Shown piece by piece: positions 61,129-64,000 of a DNA stretch of 64,000 nucleotides. The position numbers were made by a program, and so were the translations under genes. The notes under the pieces are model-generated. The model searched no databases, was not told where the DNA came from, and was given only the letters and a program-made list of their open reading frames with translations. The DNA is from Cyanophora paradoxa CCMP329 (Eukaryota > Plantae > Glaucophyta), in the NCBI GenBank assembly GCA_004431415.1, contig QPMI01000551.1:1-64000 (forward strand). The letters run 5' to 3'. Within the stretch, counting starts at the first letter, position 1. The number at the start of each line of letters is the position of its first letter.

Positions 61129-64000
61129 ATGTCGGCGGCGGCCGAGGGCGGGAGCGCGCGCGAGGTGGAGTGCGTCATCTTGAGCGACAATGAAGAGGAT
61201 GATGTGCAGTGCGGCCCAGTGCACGCGGTCGCAGACCCGCGCCAAGCGGCGAGCGCCGCTGAGGAAGATGGGAGCGCGTCTGTTGAGTGGCCGCAGCACA
61301 TCGGCGAGCTGATTGTTCTTCGTGCATGGCCTTCGACCCGGTGCACTCGCCGCGCGGGCGGCGCTGCAGCCGCTCACGCGTGCCGCGCGTCCGTGCATGT
61401 GCGCAGCGGCAAGGGCCTCATCGCGAAAGGCGACGAGATAGAGATTGCGCGGCCGCAGCGCTCGCTCAAAGCGGCCGCTGCTGAGAAAGCGCCCGCGGCG
61501 AAGCCGGGCGCGGGCAAGGGCGCGAAGGGGAGGCCGTCTGGCGGGAACTTGCCGCGCCCGGCCGCCGCTTCCGACAGGATCGTCCGCTTCAAGCGGAAAG
61601 GAGGCGGCGAGGTGCGCTCGAGGATCCCCGCCCGCCCGCATCGCGCCGCGCCGCGAACACGAGCTCGCGCACGCGAAGGTCGGCCGCATCCCGTCGGAGA
61701 TCTCGATCCCCGTCGCCGTCCTCCTCGACGCGGGCTACGTCCAGCTCAGCGGCGTCTGCACGTGGGCGCCCGAGGTCCTGGAGTACACCTCCTCCATCCA
61801 CCTCCGCCTCTCGGCGCGCCCCGCCGCGCGCCTCGCCCACCCGCCCGTCTGACCCGCGCGCTCGCCGCCGCGCGCACCGCAGGTCTACCTTTGCCGCGCG
61901 GCGGTTGCCTCGGGCACCGCCGCTGCTGCCGGGGCGCCGTCCCTGGAGGAGAACCCCCGCGAGGCCGAGATCCGGTGCGACGAGCCCGAGCGGCCGGCCG
62001 CCCGCCCGGCCCGGCCCGGCGCGGCGCAGCTCACCGCGCTCGCAGAGACGCCCTGATCTCGCTGTTTCGCCTTCTGGCGCTCGAGCCGCGGCGCTGCGAG
62101 CTGGGTCGCACGCTCGCCCTGCTCGGGCCCGGGGCCGGCGCAAGGCAGCAGGCGGCGCTGCAGCAGGCCAAGCCGCCCGCCGCTGCCCCCGCGGCCGCCG
62201 CCGCGCCGGCGGCGGGGCCCAGCTCGAAGGGCGAGGCGGCGCCGGCGCCCGGGGCCGACGCTCCGGAGGAGAAGGAGATGAGCGAGGAGGCCGTCAGCGC
62301 ATTGTACGCCGAGCTCGAGAAGTGCGCGTACCCCCCCGGCACCTCGCGCCGCCCGGGTACGCGTTCGATCCGTCCGGCGCCGATCCGTTCTTTCCGCAGG
62401 GCCGACCACGCCCTCGAGGAGGCGGAGCAGCCGCGGGCGCTGCAGAGCGAGCTGCGGGGGTACCAGAGGCGCGCGCTCGGGTGGATGCTGCGGCGCGAGT
62501 CCGGCGCCGGTCGCGAGCCGGGGGGGTACGGCGGCGCGCGGGCCGGCCGGCTGCACCCCCTCTGGGAGGAGTACAGGCGAGAACCCGTACCCCTGCCCCC
62601 CCCCCCCCCCCCCCAGCGCACCCCCCATCCCCCAGTCTTCCGTCCCTTTCCCCCCCCTTCCCCCCCCCAATTCTCATCCCCCCCCCCTTCCCGTCAGGCT
62701 CCCGAGCGGGCAGCCCCTTTTCTTCAACATCATGTCGGGTACCCCATCCCCCATCCCCCCACCCCCTCCCCCCGCCCTCGCCTCGCCCACGCGGCCCCCC
62801 CTCCCCCTCCCCCCACCTTCCCCCCGCCCTCGCCCACGCGGCCCCCCGCAGGGGCCCTGTCTCTGCGCTTCCCGGCGGCGGGCCCGGGCACCCTCGGCGG
62901 CATCCTCGCCGACGAGATGGGCCTAGGTAAGATGCCGAGGAGAGGAAGAGCTAATCAAGAAGAACTTAGAGCTGTAGGGGAGCTACTAAGAACCAAAAAC
63001 AAAGGCCCGGGCACCCTCGGGGGCGTCCTCGCCGACGAGATGGGCCTAGATGAGCTAAGCTAAGCTAAGAAGAGCTAAGAAGATCTAAAACTAAGAGCTA
63101 GGGCTGTAACAAAGGGCGCCCCGGTGAGGCGCCGTCGAGTAGAGGAGGGAGAGCCAGATAGAAGAACTAAGAGCTGAAAAAAGAACCGAAAGATCTACTA
63201 GGATCTACTAATAGAACAAATAGGGATCTACTAAGAACCGAAAACAAAATGAGGGCTGTAATGAGATAGAGAAGGAAGAGCCAAGAAGAACGCTATCTAA
63301 GAGCTCTAGCTATAGCCCTCCGCCCGCCCGCGCACCGCCCTTCGTCTTCTCACCGTGCGCGGGGCAGGCAAGACGGTCGAGGTCATCGCGCTGCTCGTGG
63401 CCGGCGGCGCCCGGGGCACCCCGAAGCCCCGGCCCGTCCCCTCCGCCCCCTCCTCCTCCGCCGCCGCCGCCGGGAGGCTCTGGACGGGGGGTACCCTCGT
63501 CGTGGTGCGCCGCATTCCCTCCCTTCATTCATTCCTTCCTCTCTTGGGCCCGTCTCGACCCGCCTCCGCCTCCTCGGCAGCTGCCGATGTCGCTGCTGGG
63601 GCAGTGGGAGGGCGAGCTGGCCCGCCACGCGCCCTCCGTGCGCCCCCGCCCCGCCCCGCCCCGCCCCGCCCCTCTACCTCGCCTCTGACTTCGCCTCCTC
63701 CGACGCCTTTGACCTCTTTCAGCTCTCTGTGGGGACGCACTACAGCGCGGGGCGCACGGCCTCCCCCGAGCACCTCGCCCGCTACGGTGCGACCCGCCCC
63801 CGCCCAAGATACTAGATACTAGATGCCGTCTCCTGAAGATACTAGAGCTCCTTACCGTCTCCTTAAGATAACAGAGCGAGCGGGCGTGCAGAGGCCCCGC
63901 CCCCGCCCACCCCGCCCCGCCCCGCCCCGCCCCGCCCCGCTCGCCTCGCCCCGCCCCTCCCCGCTCCGCCCCGCCTGTCGGCTACCGTCTGACTCTCTTT
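61129..64000 (+). CDS. RAD5: RAD5/HLTF-like SNF2 helicase (HIRAN + SNF2_N), 5' part, continues beyond window
   Basis: HIRAN: IVRFKRKGGGE|VGRIPSEISIPVAVLLDAGYVQLSGVCTWAPEVLEYTSSIHLRLS|VYL. Then ELRGYQRRALGWMLRRE...LHPLWEEY|...LFFNIMS|GALSLRFP, motif I GGILADEMGL|GKTVEVIALL, and motif Ia GGTLVV|LPMSLLGQWEGELARH. Confidence 0.93.

Overview
GC-rich, intron-dense eukaryotic nuclear DNA, probably from a photosynthetic protist. A glaucophyte-like host is inferred from an MAAFV- plastid transit peptide and many 35-120 nt introns. Bases 1-26.9 kb are a near-perfect 117-bp tandem array of about 230 units. I read this array as the enormous final coding exon of a minus-strand gene starting at ATG 29806. 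That gene encodes a signal peptide, an N-glycosylation-rich N-terminal region built from about 10 small exons, four to five diverged repeats, and then about 230 homogenised 39-aa beta-repeats (GLLNANGGLNVRWNQFVVDMSGNTLATGMVGVTGTVTST). The result would be a secreted fibre-like protein of more than 9,000 aa, truncated at the window edge. The remainder holds spliced genes for a C2-C2-coiled-coil-PH protein, a protist-type FtsX/MacB-like ABC permease with a 57-bp minisatellite in one intron, a tandem doublecortin protein, plastid-targeted DUF1517/FLAP1, a hypothetical protein, a CHASE-domain membrane sensor with no visible output domain, an F-box protein, and the 5' part of RAD5. All gene models were spliced by eye, and family calls come from motif recognition rather than database searches.
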